A stretch of 64,000 bases of DNA, taken from Octopus sinensis (lineage: Eukaryota). The position numbers were made by a program, and so were the translations under genes. This document shows positions 10,173-23,675 of the stretch, piece after piece (positions within the stretch are counted from its first letter, which is position 1; each line of letters begins with the position of its first letter). The notes under the pieces were generated by a model that searched no databases, was not told where the DNA came from, and saw only the letters and a list, made by a program, of their open reading frames with translations. The stretch is taken from NCBI RefSeq assembly GCF_006345805.1, contig NC_042997.1, positions 99,014,001 to 99,078,000 on the forward strand, written 5' to 3'.

Positions 10173-12358
10173 CACTGGTCAACAACAAAATGTTTTTAGC
10201 TGTTTTAGGGCAATTCTGATGTGCTAATTCCAAAAATCACGGGTATTTTTGCTTTATATGATGCAAAATTCTTTTTTATTTCTTTAAATAAACGAACTCA
10301 GAAGAGTTTGCACGCGGCTGTTTATGACTAATTGGTATTTTTATCTTACAGGTGAATGAAATGCCTTCGACCAGAAAACCTTGCAAACGTAAGCCCAACA
10401 TATTCAGCTACATCTGCAGTGAATACACCATTGTTCCTAACAGGAATCCAGTCACAAGTTTCATAAAACGTCCTTACCATGCTTATTTTGGTATTAAACT
10501 TGGTGACCAGGATAAATTTTGGGTGTCACACATGGTATGCAAAGCATGCACTGAGAATCTGCGTCAGTGAACCATGGGCAAGAAGTGTTATCTGAATTGG
10601 AATTCCTATGGTTTGAAGGGAGCCGACAAATCATGGCACTGACTGCTATTTCTGCACTATCGATGTGACTGGGATCAATAGTAATAACCGGAGCAGCCTC
10701 AAGTATCCTGATCTTCAATTAGCACGTCGTCCTGTAGCTCACTGTGATGAAATTCCAGTACCTGTTTCCGGAGGACTTCCAGATGCTAGTGACGAAGAAT
10801 CCTCCAGTCTTCAACATGAAGAAGATTTAGTTCTTGACGATGATGCTCCACATCCTTTTTCCAAAAAGGATCTAAATGACCTAGTTCGCGATATTGGATT
10901 GTCAATGTTCTCTGTTAGTATCAGGATTGAAGGGGAAAGAGCCCTCCTCTCTACAATGCTACACATCCCCTTCTACACATCCCCTTCTACCGCAACTGGC
11001 ATCAAAAGTACCTCCATTTTCTTGGAGGACTTGGTGTACTGTACAGATATTGCCCATTTTCTCTACAGATATTGCCCATCTTCTGCACAAGGTTGGAGTG
11101 CCACAGTACGAACCAAAATATTCGAGACTATTCATTAACATAAGCAAGCGATCGCTGAAATGTGTTCTGCTGCACAAGGATAACCAGTTTGCCTCTGTAC
11201 TCTCTTGCTCACTCGACTATACTGAAGAAGTATGAAACGGTGAAGTATGTACTAGAGAAAATGCGTTATGATCAACATCAGTGGTTTATTTGTGTTGACC
11301 TGACGATGGCGAATTATTTGTTGGCACAACAGTCTGGGTTCACTAATGACCCATGCTTTCTTTGCACGTGGGAGAGTAGGGACACTGCTCAGCGTTACAA
11401 GGACTGGCTTTGATGGATTCATTGGTGCCTCATAAAGAACACTCTGATAGACAGAGACAAAATTCTCTTCCCACCACTGCACATCAAGCTCGGCTTCATC
11501 AAGCAACTCACCAAAGGATGGTGACTGCTTCATTTACTTGTGCTAGGCTTTTCCAGGATTGACCATTGAGAAGTTAAAAAAAGTTACATCTTTGAGGGTC
11601 CTCAAATCCGTCAGTTCATCAGAGAGTCTGACTTTCAAAACTCAATGGACGAAGTGGAACTAGAAGCGTAGAAAGCTTTTTTTCTTGTCGTGAAGAACTT
11701 TCTTGGCAACAACAAGGCGAGGAACTACGCAGAACTTATCACCACTATGCTGATGGCTTTCAGAAATCTCGGATGCAACATGAACATTAAGATGCATTAC
11801 TTATTCTCATAAGGATCCGCTTCCTGAGGATCTGGGATCAATGAGCGACGAGGAGGGGGAGAGATTCCATCAGACCATGAAAGAGATGGAGACCAGGTTT
11901 CAGGGACGCTGGGATGTAGTCAAAATGGCAGATTACTATTGTACTCTGAAGAGAGACATTCCTGCCGCTCAGGATTCTAGAGGTTCGAGTAAACGCAAGT
12001 TTAAGCCCTGGATGTTGAACAATGATGACACAACATTTAATTTACATGTACTCATCTTTATCAGTGTCTACTATTCAATTTACAGTAATCGAATATTGTG
12101 ACATTTAATTAATAAATTGTGTCAGAAAACAATTTTGTTTATCTTAAAACCTATTTCGGATGAGAAATATTAACAAAAATCAACCGATAAGGTCAGAAAA
12201 ATGTAATCATTTTAGTCAGAAGATCGGATATTTTAAAAGAAACCTGACCTGATAGAGAGAAATGAATGTCTTTTTTTGGGATTCAGTGGTTCAAAAATTG
12301 TTCTAAACCAGCTGAAAAGACTAAAACAACATACAAAAAAAATTTCTGTTATCCAGTC
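10173..12358 (+). mobile_element. Chapaev3-like (CMC) DNA transposon, full-length but frameshifted
   Basis: Imperfect TIRs CACTGGTCAACAACAAAAT / CTGTTATCCAGTC; fragments YICSEYT...AYFGIKLGDQDKFW..HMVCKAC, DCYFC, PPLHIKLG, SDEEGERFHQ..METRFQGRW..MADYYCTLKRD; many stops, frameshifts and two short internal duplications. Confidence 0.75.
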
Positions 12359-12410
<52 letters not shown>

Positions 12411-12414
<4 letters not shown>

Positions 12415-12612
12415 TCTACTATAGGCACAAGGCCTGAAATTTGGGGGAGGGAGATAGTCAATTACATCGGTCCCAGTTCGTAACTGGTAATTATTTCATC
12501 GATCCCGAAAGGATGAAAGGCAAAGTCGACCTCGGCAGAATTTGAATTCAGGACGTAAAGACGGGCGAAAATTGGTAAACATTTTGCCCCGCGTGCTAAC
12601 GATTCTGCCATT
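12411..12612 (-). mobile_element. tRNA-derived SINE
   Basis: Reverse complement of the 18973-19184 family (GGCACAAGGCC...CCCGAAAGGATGAAAGGCAAAGTCGACCTCGG...GCTAACGATTCTGCC). Confidence 0.8.
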
Positions 12613-12664
12613 TCACTACTTGTGCGTTTATTAATAGCATAATGACTATCCCGTGAAATCTATA

Positions 12665-12820
12665 TATGAGGAGTTGCTGAAATGTTCTTGGCCTAAGGGT
12701 GTCGCGAAAGGCCTGGCTGGAGGCGTAAACTTGTGAGTTCTTTTACAGGGATTAGAAAAACTGAAGGACCGCTGCAATAGGTGTGGGAATCTGAAAGGAG
12801 AATATGTTGAATAAAATTAT
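12665..12820 (+). mobile_element. Mariner-derived MITE, truncated
   Basis: Homologous to 29457-29675 and, inverted, to 17687-17908. Confidence 0.7.
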
Positions 12821-12896
12821 ATATATATATGGCGTGATATCATTTTCAATTAGACTTTTAAGCATTCGGTGATATGTTTGACCAGATTTCTCTCTC

Positions 12897-13290
12897 TCTT
12901 TACTTGTTTCAGTCATTTGACTGCAGCCATGCTGGAGCACCGCCTTTAATCGAGCAACTCGACCCCGGGACTTATTCTTTGTAAGCCCAGTACTTATTCT
13001 ATCGGTCTCTTTTTTGCCGAACCGCTAAGTGACGGGGACGTAAACACACCAGCATCGGTTGTCAAGCAATGCTAGGGGAACAAACACAGACACACAAACA
13101 AACACATATATATATATACATATATACGACAGGCTTCTTTCAGTTTCCGTCTACCAAATCCACTCACAAGGCATTGGTCGGCCCGGGGCTATAGCAGAAG
13201 ACACTTGCCCAAGATGCCACGCAGTGGGACTGAACCCGTAACCATGTGGTTGGCTAGCAAGCTACTTACCACACAGCCACTCCTGCGCCT
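12897..13290 (-). mobile_element. Young tRNA-derived SINE (octopus-type)
   Basis: Near-identical reverse complement of 53235-53668; head GGCGCAGGAGTGGCTGTGTGGTAAG with B-box-like GGGTTCAGTCCC. Confidence 0.9.
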
Positions 13291-16124
13291 ATTTGTTTAC
13301 CTTATCTTTGAAAGACTCGAAAATAAGTGGGATACACAGGTCGACGCAGTGTTTTCATCCTACTGCACTCTTCCTGATATCATGCATTTATTTTCACTGA
13401 CTATGAAATCTTTAATAATTTTATAATGCTTATTCTCTGGTTTCACAACTGCAATCGTCTTCATAAGATTAACAGAAAATAAGCGTTATTAGATTAAGGA
13501 ACTCGAAATCAAAGAAGATAGAACGATATGAAATTTTTACTATTTTCCTGTTGTTTTTGGAAATCATTCTTTCATAAAAGAAAAATTAAATAAGATACAT
13601 AGTTAATTAATACTTTTAATTTCAGATTCTACAGAGGTGATTAAATTAAGAACCAACTGAGTATCGGTTGTTTATGAGATGATACTTTTAAAATAGCTGT
13701 GAGTTCTAAGAAATAAAGTAAAATTGTATGTAATAATGAAATATTTCTCGCGAGAGGATATGCAAGGAATGAAAAGTTATTAAAAATAGAATTTTAGAAA
13801 TATTTTTGTTCTTTTTCGTTTTTTATCATGATTTTATTTATTTTTTCTTTTGGCTTGTATCATTGGCGACGGAATTACACAAACACATCTCTCTCTCCAA
13901 CAATTTTACAATTGCGGTGAGTGGTGGAGGAAGACTTCTATGTTGAGTACATCAAACAAACAAATAATTAAATATAACCAACTGCGTTGATTTCAGTATG
14001 TTACTAATAATTATTTAACATAGTATGGAGGGATTAAAGCAAAGTCAGTTATTTACATTTAAAACAGTTATGTTATGAAACCAGAAAGTGTCAAGAAATT
14101 CTGTCGGCCATGTGTATTAATTCTTTTCTTGATGCAGAACATAAGCAATTATCAATTGTTTTATTTCAGTAGGCGGGCTTATACACTCTGGAAACAAAAG
14201 GGGTGGAATATACGCTAGCGACATCTATACATTAATTTTGCCACCTATATAAATATTAATTTTTTAAATGAATTTAAATGTATTCGTATAATAAACTGCT
14301 TGCTAGCCACAATCACAAAAGCAACACCAACAATAACATTAGACAGCAAAATACGAAGAAGTAAATAAACAATACCGAATATTTACCACAACACACGTAA
14401 ATTGTAAACAATAGCCTAAAGTATTATAAAAAATGTGTCAAAATTTGTGTTTGTTTATATATTAGCAATCAAAATTATCATTACAGTTGTAGTGTAATGT
14501 AGCGTCTTCACTTCTGTGTGCGTATATATGCATATATAAAAGATGTGTTTAATTTTGCCGAATCATAGTAACGCCATGTTGAAAAATTGTTTGTAAATAA
14601 ATGAGTGCAATAACTAGAACAAGTTTTGAAATACATAATTTTATTCCTTGAAGTTACCACATTTTTATTTGGTATTTCAGTACTTTTTCCTTCCGATATT
14701 TAATACGTTGCTGTCAGTCGAATTAGGAATTTTTTTTTTAAATAAATTTCTATCATATGTTTAAATGTATTCAGAGAAATCCTATGTCAGTGAATCTGGG
14801 CTTCGGCTGTGTCAGTGTGATAAATATATATGAAGAGTAGATCAGGAGTAAAAACGTGGAAGCAAAATAAACAAATAAACAAATAAGCAATAAATTGTAC
14901 AAATACAGTGTATTATGCTGCGAAAGAAATGAAGACAAACTGATGTTTTGGATAAGTGTCATTTGTCAGGATAGATGGAGGGAAAAAAGAAAGAAAGTTC
15001 AATGTTTGAAGTGAAGAACGCAAAATGCTGTTATCGTAGAATATACATTGCTGACCAATAACAAACAGGAATTTAGCATAGTTAGTAGTTAATCTAAACA
15101 TAGAGTGTAATTTGGAGGGCAAAGTCACATATCTATGCGCTGAAAGGATTAAGCGTAGTATGATTTGTTGTGAGTATAAGTGAGAGTAGAGAATTTTAAT
15201 TCTAAGAGAGAATGCAACATATCTAATATTAACATAACAGAATAGTGCTAGTTTTGTGCTAAATCCCTTTCTTTTCTTCGGAAATTATGTTCGCCTTTCC
15301 ATCGCATATGCTTTTTAATGCGTTTGACTGAGCCTCTGCAGATTCTGAGCCCACCCAGAGGTGCAGCTGCACTGGGTAATTAATCATCGCAAATTTGGCG
15401 GCTTTGTTGAAGATGAAGGGGGAGTATGTTAGAAAATCGATAAAGACCACCATGAAAACAAACCTTCATCAGCAAAATGAAATGAATAATCAGGGCTGAC
15501 AAAGTTTTCAAATTTCCTACCGAGCGGGAAAATGTGACTGGAAACTAATTAGCATCTCAATTGTCATTCGTATCTCAAAACACAAAAGCATGAAATTTCG
15601 CTTAAGAAAATCTTTGTATCTTAGGTCATTCGTACCTCAAGTTAGGGCTAAAAGAAATGGTTGCAGTCAATTTAAATGCGGAAACCCGCAAGGAATGGTT
15701 TTATTGAGTTTCCACTGATTGATTGGCAATTTTGGTAAACTCGATCAAATTAAGATTTCTTGCACCAAAAGGATCACCCTGATAATCCTGCTGTGTAGGT
15801 AGCAAATGATTTGATCTTAGACTGAATACAAACAAATAAAAGTTTTTTTATGAAAGTCCCTTGGGTGTCAACTTACCCATTTTTCATTTTTAATCCTACT
15901 TGAATAAAACATCCTGGGATCACGCTGGATAACTCAAATCAACCGAAAGCATAAAAGTAAAACCTTTCCTAAATAGATTCAGTGAACTGGGTCCAATTCT
16001 TTTATGGCATACTTAAGGAATGAGAGAATATCAAGCATATTTGGTCTTCCATGAAAATCCCGCTCTCTTGTCATTCACTTGGTCTAACTCGTTAATTATT
16101 CCCCCGCATTTCTCAAATCAAAAA

Positions 16125-16400
16125 AGCGTGCACGTTTGAAAGCCAAAACACATGATAACGCGTCTTCGCAAAATAAAAAGTGCGCTGAGTCATACAGGCT
16201 GTCTGCAAATGCGCACGCGCATTCAACTGTCAAGGTTAGAATTATCTCCGTCCAATCAAAAAACAGCAGGCAGTATATTGGCGTATCTGGCTGTACGCAC
16301 GTACCGCGTACAGATTTCTATGTTCTAGCGATTTTGAATGGATATGCCCATAACGTATGGGCATAAGGGGCCGGTTTATCGATTTTTTAATGGCTTTCTG
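16125..16400. promoter_or_regulatory. Promoter-like CpG-enriched island
   Basis: Local CpG excess; TGAGTCA (AP-1-like), TGCGCACGCGCA (NRF1-like), CCAAT in both orientations; perfect 10-bp IR TATGCCCATA-ACG-TATGGGCATA at 16343-16365. Confidence 0.4.
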
Positions 16401-17686
16401 GGGTGACTGGGGAAATGAAAGGATCTTCACGACCACCCTCAGACAGTTTTGAAAGCCCATAAAAAATGGGAGCCTTTTACGTGGAAAACTGTGGATTTGT
16501 ATAAAGGACACACAGACACATAGACACACGGATACACAGACATTTTGCCGTTTATAGATATAGAGATAAAATGCAAACCTAATTATCAGAAGGGAAAGTA
16601 TTTCAGAATGAGAAAACGTGGCTGGTGAGAACGAGACGTGAATAGGATATGGTAATGTGTAAGTAGTACAGACAAAGTATTTCAAGGCATGTGAAAACGA
16701 AGAATGGGTTGATAAGTGTGTTAGTGGGAGTGTACGTGTAACATCTATCCATGTGTAATGAATTTGAGGCAAGCAAGTCAGTTAGATTAGCAGTTGTCAT
16801 AAATTAATTTGAAATCATATTTTGTTTCGTGAAACTACCAATATCTAGATTCAGGCGAAAGCGGCTTGAAAAATCAGTGTCAGACAACATATTAGTTACA
16901 TTCATACAGTAGATGGCATTGTCGGAGATCCAGTTAAAATGTCCGTAACATGGAAAGAGCGTATCCATGTGGAATAGAGATATTTTGCGAAATATTATAA
17001 ATGTAACAGCTGGAGAAACAGTACACACAGGTAACGGATGATTGAGTGATCAATAAAAATGGAGATGCGTAAAAAGCTGATAGAATTTGTCATGTGGAGA
17101 TTTGGGAAGGAATTAAATGAAGCAGGATCGAAATGAAGAAGGTGAGGTGATAGTTAGTAAGAATGGCGTCACATACATTTATCGATGTAACGACTGTAAG
17201 CTTTGGGATGACTTCAGAGATAGTAACGGAGTTCTGAACGTCAAAGCAAGCATCCAAGATTTTGGTGTTGTTCAGCGCCATCCTAGTCCTTATAACCATT
17301 CCAGTAAATTGTTTACACAGGTCCTTCATGAAAGAGATGCAATTGATAGTGAGGGAGAGTTCGGTGAGGCAGAGAAAAGTGGGAAGCTAGGCTCGAGCAT
17401 AATGTGTTAACTCAGGAGGAATTTGAGGCCAAGAGCCCATCATTATAAATATAAAGGTATAAAGGGCCTTTGTACTTAATGGAACAGAACCTATTATCAT
17501 ATGTTCATTTTCTAGCGGACATTCTATAAGTTTTGCTGAATTGTCGGTTTTATATCTAAGAGTTCAAAGAGCAACAGATACTATCCTAATGGCAATTCAA
17601 TTTCCATTTCTATTCTCAGCTGTGTAGCATTTCAGTTTTCATACACTAAATTATAAGATGAAAAAATCACGAAAGCTACATCATCC

Positions 17687-17908
17687 TACGAAGGAGTGCT
17701 GGAAAGTTCCTGGCTTTGAGTAAAAGAAAACACAGGAGGATCAGTTAATTATGATTTTATTCAACATATTCCCCTCTCAGATTCACACACTTATTGCAGC
17801 TGTCCTTCACTTTTTCCTAAGCCCTGTAAAAGAACTCGAAAAGTCGGTCTTCCAGCCTGGCCTTTCCCGATACTTTTAAAGACATGAACTTTTCAGGATC
17901 CCTTCGTA
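17687..17908 (-). mobile_element. Mariner-derived MITE (~220 bp)
   Basis: Imperfect TIRs TACGAAGGAGTGCTGGAAAGTTCCTGG / GAACTTTTCAGGATCCCTTCGTA. Confidence 0.8.
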
Positions 17909-18778
17909 CTTCTGATCTTAAAATATATTATGTGTTAACGAAAGTCACAAGAGTGAAAAATCACTATTCTGCTTTCATATCTCTTCTCCGAAGTCAATAA
18001 TTTATAAATATATAATACAAGACTGAATATTTGGTGAGAGCTTTTAAAAAGAAAGCTTTCATCATTTTGATTGGAAGTTACTTCTGAATTAAAATTCTAC
18101 AGACAAGTATCCCTACCATTGATTCAATAACTGATTACATACACACCCAATAATTCTAAGAACAGCAATATTTTGAACGGATCCGGTGCAATGATCCATA
18201 ATTTAGCTAATAGCTATGATAGGAAGAAATTTCGTAATGGTTTATTCTGCTTTTACTCATGTTCGTTTCAGCAAATTATTTCATGCATTATCATAGCATT
18301 TTCTGATTTACAGATGGGAAAATCCCCAAATGGAAAGAAAGTAAACGTTTCTGTAAACGAAAACGTCTATGACATTTTCCACAAACATCATTTATCGATC
18401 AGATTCTAAATATATACATGTGTATTCATATGGATAGAGATTGATAGTATCTTCTTCTGTGCTTTTCTCAACGAGCTGCCTTAAGGAGTATTAAAGGTCT
18501 CAGCTAAATGAATTTGTTTCGATTACGAATTTGGCAAGGGAATTTCATTTTCAGAGAGTCTTCTTCTATGACATATTTATTATCATCCTACACGTTCCAT
18601 ACTTCTTCGATCCAATGAGAGGTCATCTTCGCTGTCCTCTCGACTTACTAGAAATAGTAGCTAAGTCTCTTACAACACACAAGCTGCCATCAAAGAAAAA
18701 TGCGAAATGCATTGAATAGTGTATAATTCCAAGATAAATAAATAAGACTGGATAGATATTGATCAGAAATCTACTAAC

Positions 18779-18855
18779 GTCTTGAACGCCTTTGATTATT
18801 GGTTTGCTCACATCAAGAATGCCTTTAATCAAAGCTGTGTCGAATCGGGGCTGAC
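18779..18855 (-). CDS. Candidate 77-nt exon of an unidentified host gene ((G)QPRFDTALIKGILDVSKPIIKGVQD)
   Basis: Acceptor TTGTTGTTTAAATGCAG, donor GTTAGT, open frame, in unique sequence; no homology recognised. Confidence 0.3.
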
Positions 18856-18972
18856 CTGCATTTAAACAACAACTTCACATATTTTAGACTGAAATACAAG
18901 ATCGAAAATGTTGAAGAAGTAAAAAGAGACTGTGCTGACGTTCCTATTTCTTTTGATCATTCACAATCTAAA

Positions 18973-19184
18973 GGCGGCGAGCTGGCAGAAAAGTTAGTGC
19001 GCCGGGCGACATGCTTAGCGGTATTTCGTCTGTCTTTATGTTCTGGGTTATAATTCCGCTGAGGTCGACTTTACCTTTCATCCTTTCGGGGTCGATGAAT
19101 TAAGTACCATTTGAGTACTGGGGTCGATCTAATCAACTAGCCTGCTCCCCAAAAATTTCGGGACTTGTGCTTAGAGTAGAAAAG
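18973..19184 (+). mobile_element. tRNA-derived SINE, full length
   Basis: GGCGGCGAGCTGGCAGAA head, CCTTTCATCCTTTCGGGGTCGAT central domain, GTGCTTAGAGTAGAAAAG 3' end. Confidence 0.85.
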
Positions 19185-19442
19185 TATATTTTATCGATAT
19201 CGGAGGAATAAAATGCAAAGTAACCCCGGAGAGACTTGATCTTAGAACGTAAAAAGCCTGAAGAAAAACTGCTCCACGAAGTTTAACCTTCCTTCCACTC
19301 ATATATTTGATTGCTAAAGGTATTTTAGCTTTGGCAAAATCTTGGCCTTGTGTTTTATAACACTTTAGTATATTTTAGCAGTTTCTATTTACTTTGACGA
19401 TTTTCTTCTTGTATTGTAACATAATTGCATCTTTGACGCATA

Positions 19443-19509
<67 letters not shown>

Positions 19510-20686
19510 CACCTCATAATTTGACATATTTTGCATTTAGTTTTTTTTTAGATAATAAATATCTTTTTTATAAAATACTTTACGCACACTATATTTCTTC
19601 TTTTCTCTTTCTCGCCCCTCTTTCTCTTTTTCCTTTCTCTCTCTCTCCATTTCTCTCCCTCTCTCTCTCTCTTTGTTTCTCTCATTGTTTCTCACTCTCT
19701 CTAGCGGTTACAAAAATGAATTTCGATCGATTTTCTTTTAATGCGGTGTATGTAACCATAGCAACCGTTTTCTGCACGACTTGGCACACTTAAGGGGAAA
19801 GGAAAAGAAATAAAAGACAAAGAAAAAAGATTTTAAAAAGAGGATGCTGCTGCTGGTGATGATAATGACGCTGATGATGATGGTGGTGGTTAGGAGGAGG
19901 AAAACGACGACGAAAAGGAAGATGGCGAGGATGTTTATGAAGTGGGTACCGCTTGTACTGATGGTGGTTTCGAGCTAGATCGCAAGCAAGATGAAAAACA
20001 AAGAACGAAGAGGCAATAATATAGGAGTGATGGTTTACACACAGAATACAAAGATAAAATGGGCAAATACTGAATTACCAATATGCCAGGCGTTTATTGC
20101 TTTCATCGTTTATATAAGAATATATGGGCGGGGTCTTTGCATTACGAGGTTAGTTCTCTGTGAAGTAATGTCACTGCATGCTTTCTATACCTAATTCCTA
20201 CAGAAGTCGAGCCTAATCCCATTTTTTATTCTTTTATTCAGTTGTTTCAGTCATTTGACTGCGGCCATACTGAGGCACCACTTTGAATGGATGAGTCCAA
20301 CAAATCGATCCCAGCGTTTATGTTTTTTTTCTCTATATTTTCTTTTTTTTCTTTGCATTTTCCAATATCTAATATTTATTCCATCGAACTCTTTTGTCGA
20401 ACCGCTAAAGTTACAGTGACGCACACACATACATATGGGTGGGATTGCGACAGGTCGCTCTTAAGCGCTACCGGTAACATGTAAACCAGTACAGCTTTTT
20501 GTATGTTCGGCGTGTCGGCGAATAAACTGGCAACCCCACCAAGCTTGCTGTGTGAGGACGATAACGGTTAGACTCCCTGTGGACGAAAAATATAACCATC
20601 AATGGATGGAGGAATTCATGAGTAGTTAACGGCTAGCCACCAATGTACAAAAACACACACACACATATTGTTTATGTGCCTGTGTA

Positions 20687-20753
<67 letters not shown>

Positions 20754-21198
20754 TATTTTTAAATGTTATATATTTGTATACTTGCATTTTATATTCCTTT
20801 TAATATTGTCTTATATATATATAAATAAATAATATATATATATAATGCATATATGCTTAAGTATATCTATTTATATGTATGTGTGTGTGCGTGTGTGTGT
20901 GTGCATGTGTGTGTGTGTGTGTGTGTGTTTGTATGTGTGTGTATACATATGTGGGTACAGGACGTCACGAAACGTGTACAACAAAAACGTACGAAGCACG
21001 AGTGCATGGAACATGTACTATTCTTTCGAACAACGAAAGACACAAATGGAAAACAAAACAAACACCATAAAGAATGACTTTTATTCAGTTCTTGGCTGTT
21101 TTTCTAGTCACGCATTTCGAGCATTTAACAACAATATACGCTTTCGAGAGAAGAGTTTCTCCCGCAAAGCAAATTAAATAATATTTGGGATTTTACGG

Positions 21199-21262
<64 letters not shown>

Positions 21263-21416
21263 TATATATATATGTACGTATAGATGTATGTACACCTACG
21301 TATGCACTTATTCATATATATATATATTATATATATATATGTATATATATCATTTATATTAGTATATGATTGAACGCCACGCATCTTTTTGCACACACAC
21401 ACACACACACACACAC

Positions 21417-21474
<58 letters not shown>

Positions 21475-21539
21475 GTGTGTGTGTGTGTGTGTGTGTTTTA
21501 TTTATAAAGCCACTAAGATTGCTGAACCAAACATCTTGC

Positions 21540-22890
21540 TTCACTGGAGCATTTTTCATTACTAGGGAAACCCTTTGCCATGCAGTCCAAAGTAGCACAA
21601 GGCTTAACTTTTGCACAGGCCTTCCTAACATCATTGCTAACACTCTATTGTTGTCCTTTTCCTGTCAACGAACTGCAAATATATCCTGTAGATATTGCAG
21701 CACTCCCGTAGACCCGTTCATTGGATAATGGTCAAGTCACAGAACTAGGTGCAGGGTGTACAATATTCCTGAATAGAAAAGAAGAAAGGCAACGTATGAA
21801 ACACAACGTATGGAAGGAAGGAAACTTAGGATTTGGCCAAATCAGTGACATAATGGTTAAATTTGATGAACATGTATGCTCTTTGGGCTTACAATAATTG
21901 TTGTTATGTTTCAATCAGCTTACAATTCATACTGTGAACCTGAGATTTTTCTTCAAAGAACAAAGCTGAATGTTGTCGATAAATTCACGTGTCTTTAAAA
22001 TGTACTGAAAATCGTTTGTACTTAAAATGAGGAAATAGCAAACCGTCTTCAAAAAGCATCTCAGGCTTTCAAGAATCTTGAAGTGTGAATTTGTTCTAAT
22101 AGAGATATTACAAAAAGTATGAAAGTTGCAGTGTATAGGGCTTCTGTGCTTTCATCCCTTCTTTACTCATGTGCGTTATATGTAAAATATGGGAAGCATT
22201 TCAAATTACTAGTGCGATATAACCAACAGTATATACTGAAAAATCAAAGAGATGCACAAAGTACCAGATTCGGAAATACTTGAATCAGCTGGTGTGAATG
22301 GTATTGAAACTTAAGTTTATCGACACACTTCGCTGGACTGATCATGTCCAAAAAACTGCTATATTGTCAAATAAAAGATGCAGAAAAGTCTCAATGTAAA
22401 CCAACAATGCGTTTGGAAGATTTAACAAGTAGCTCTCTAAAACATTTCAAAATTATGCATGCAAACTGGGAAAGTAATGCTGTGAACCGACCAAAATGTT
22501 CAAGAATCCGAGAAGGGGCCGCCTTGTTTGAAGATAACAACATTTACTGGCAACAAAAGAGGCAAGAAAGGGTTTCCTTGTAGTCAATAATTTTTCTCTC
22601 CTAACCTGTGATACCTGCAACCGTATTTATCTACCCCAAGCTGGACCAGTTAGTCATAAGCGGAGCCACATATTTAAGCCCAATACTGACTATTTGCAGC
22701 CATAACCCGATGAATTATCTTGCTCTGTTTACAATAAGATCTGCAGCAGTAAATCTGGGCTCACAAGGCGCATGAATTGTGACAATCACAATTCACAGGG
22801 AAGTCAAGCCTTTTCATGCTGTTTGTGTGGAAGAATTTGTAAATCTTTTGCTGGACTAAAGAGACATATCAGATCACATAACACGTAGAC
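21540..22890 (+). mobile_element. RTE-clade LINE 3' part, decayed, ending in three C2H2-like fingers
   Basis: Fragments VDKFT, EEIANRLQKASQAF, KVAVYRASVLSSLLYSC, LRWTDHV, KKLLYCQIK...RLED; C-terminal CDTC..HKRSH and CCLC..HIRSH. Confidence 0.8.
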
Positions 22891-23084
22891 GATAACTAAT
22901 CAGTTTAAACAATTCATAATCAGCGCGTTTGTGTTGTTGGTTTTTAACTAGTTTGGTGCTTATGAGTATGTATTCTGTGAGTGATGCTCTTGAGAAGAAT
23001 CATACTTGACTAAAGAGTTGTCAGCCATCATATACAAATAAATGCGTTTTGTTTTGATTGGTTTTTTGTAAAGTTTCAGTCCAC

Positions 23085-23300
23085 GCTGAGGCACCACCAT
23101 TTAATTTGCTACACTTCCACTAAACCTCCTCTGATGCACGACATTTGGTGGATGAGGGACTTTGACGTTGCTGCCCTCATCTGTGTTTCTTGCCTTGAGG
23201 TAGGTCTATCCGGAACTCTTGACAGAAGGAGATCCAGTTTTGTTTTGAAAAAGCCTACATATTTTCGATTCTAATCCAGAAACGATCGTCCATAATTGAT
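23085..23300 (-). mobile_element. CR1/L2-like LINE 3' end
   Basis: Minus translation FFKTKLDLLLSRVPDRPTSRQETQMRAATSKSLIHQM resembles CR1-group C-termini (FK..LD..L..VPD.P). Confidence 0.6.
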
Positions 23301-23476
23301 CCAAAGTAGACTGTGTGATTTCGTTGTCTTCCTTCTTTTTACCATATACGAGTTACAAATACTGTTGTTTGTAGAGACTTATTTTTGTAGTAATAGTAAT
23401 GGTAACCTATTTGGCTGCTATTTCTAATATTTTCGGTATGTGGTTTAAGCAACTTGTTGCAAATAACCCTTTATTA

Positions 23477-23535
<59 letters not shown>

Positions 23536-23613
23536 GTATATATGTATATATGTATATATATATATATATATAATATATATATATATATGTGTGTATGTGT
23601 GTGTGTGTGTGTG

Positions 23614-23675
<62 letters not shown>

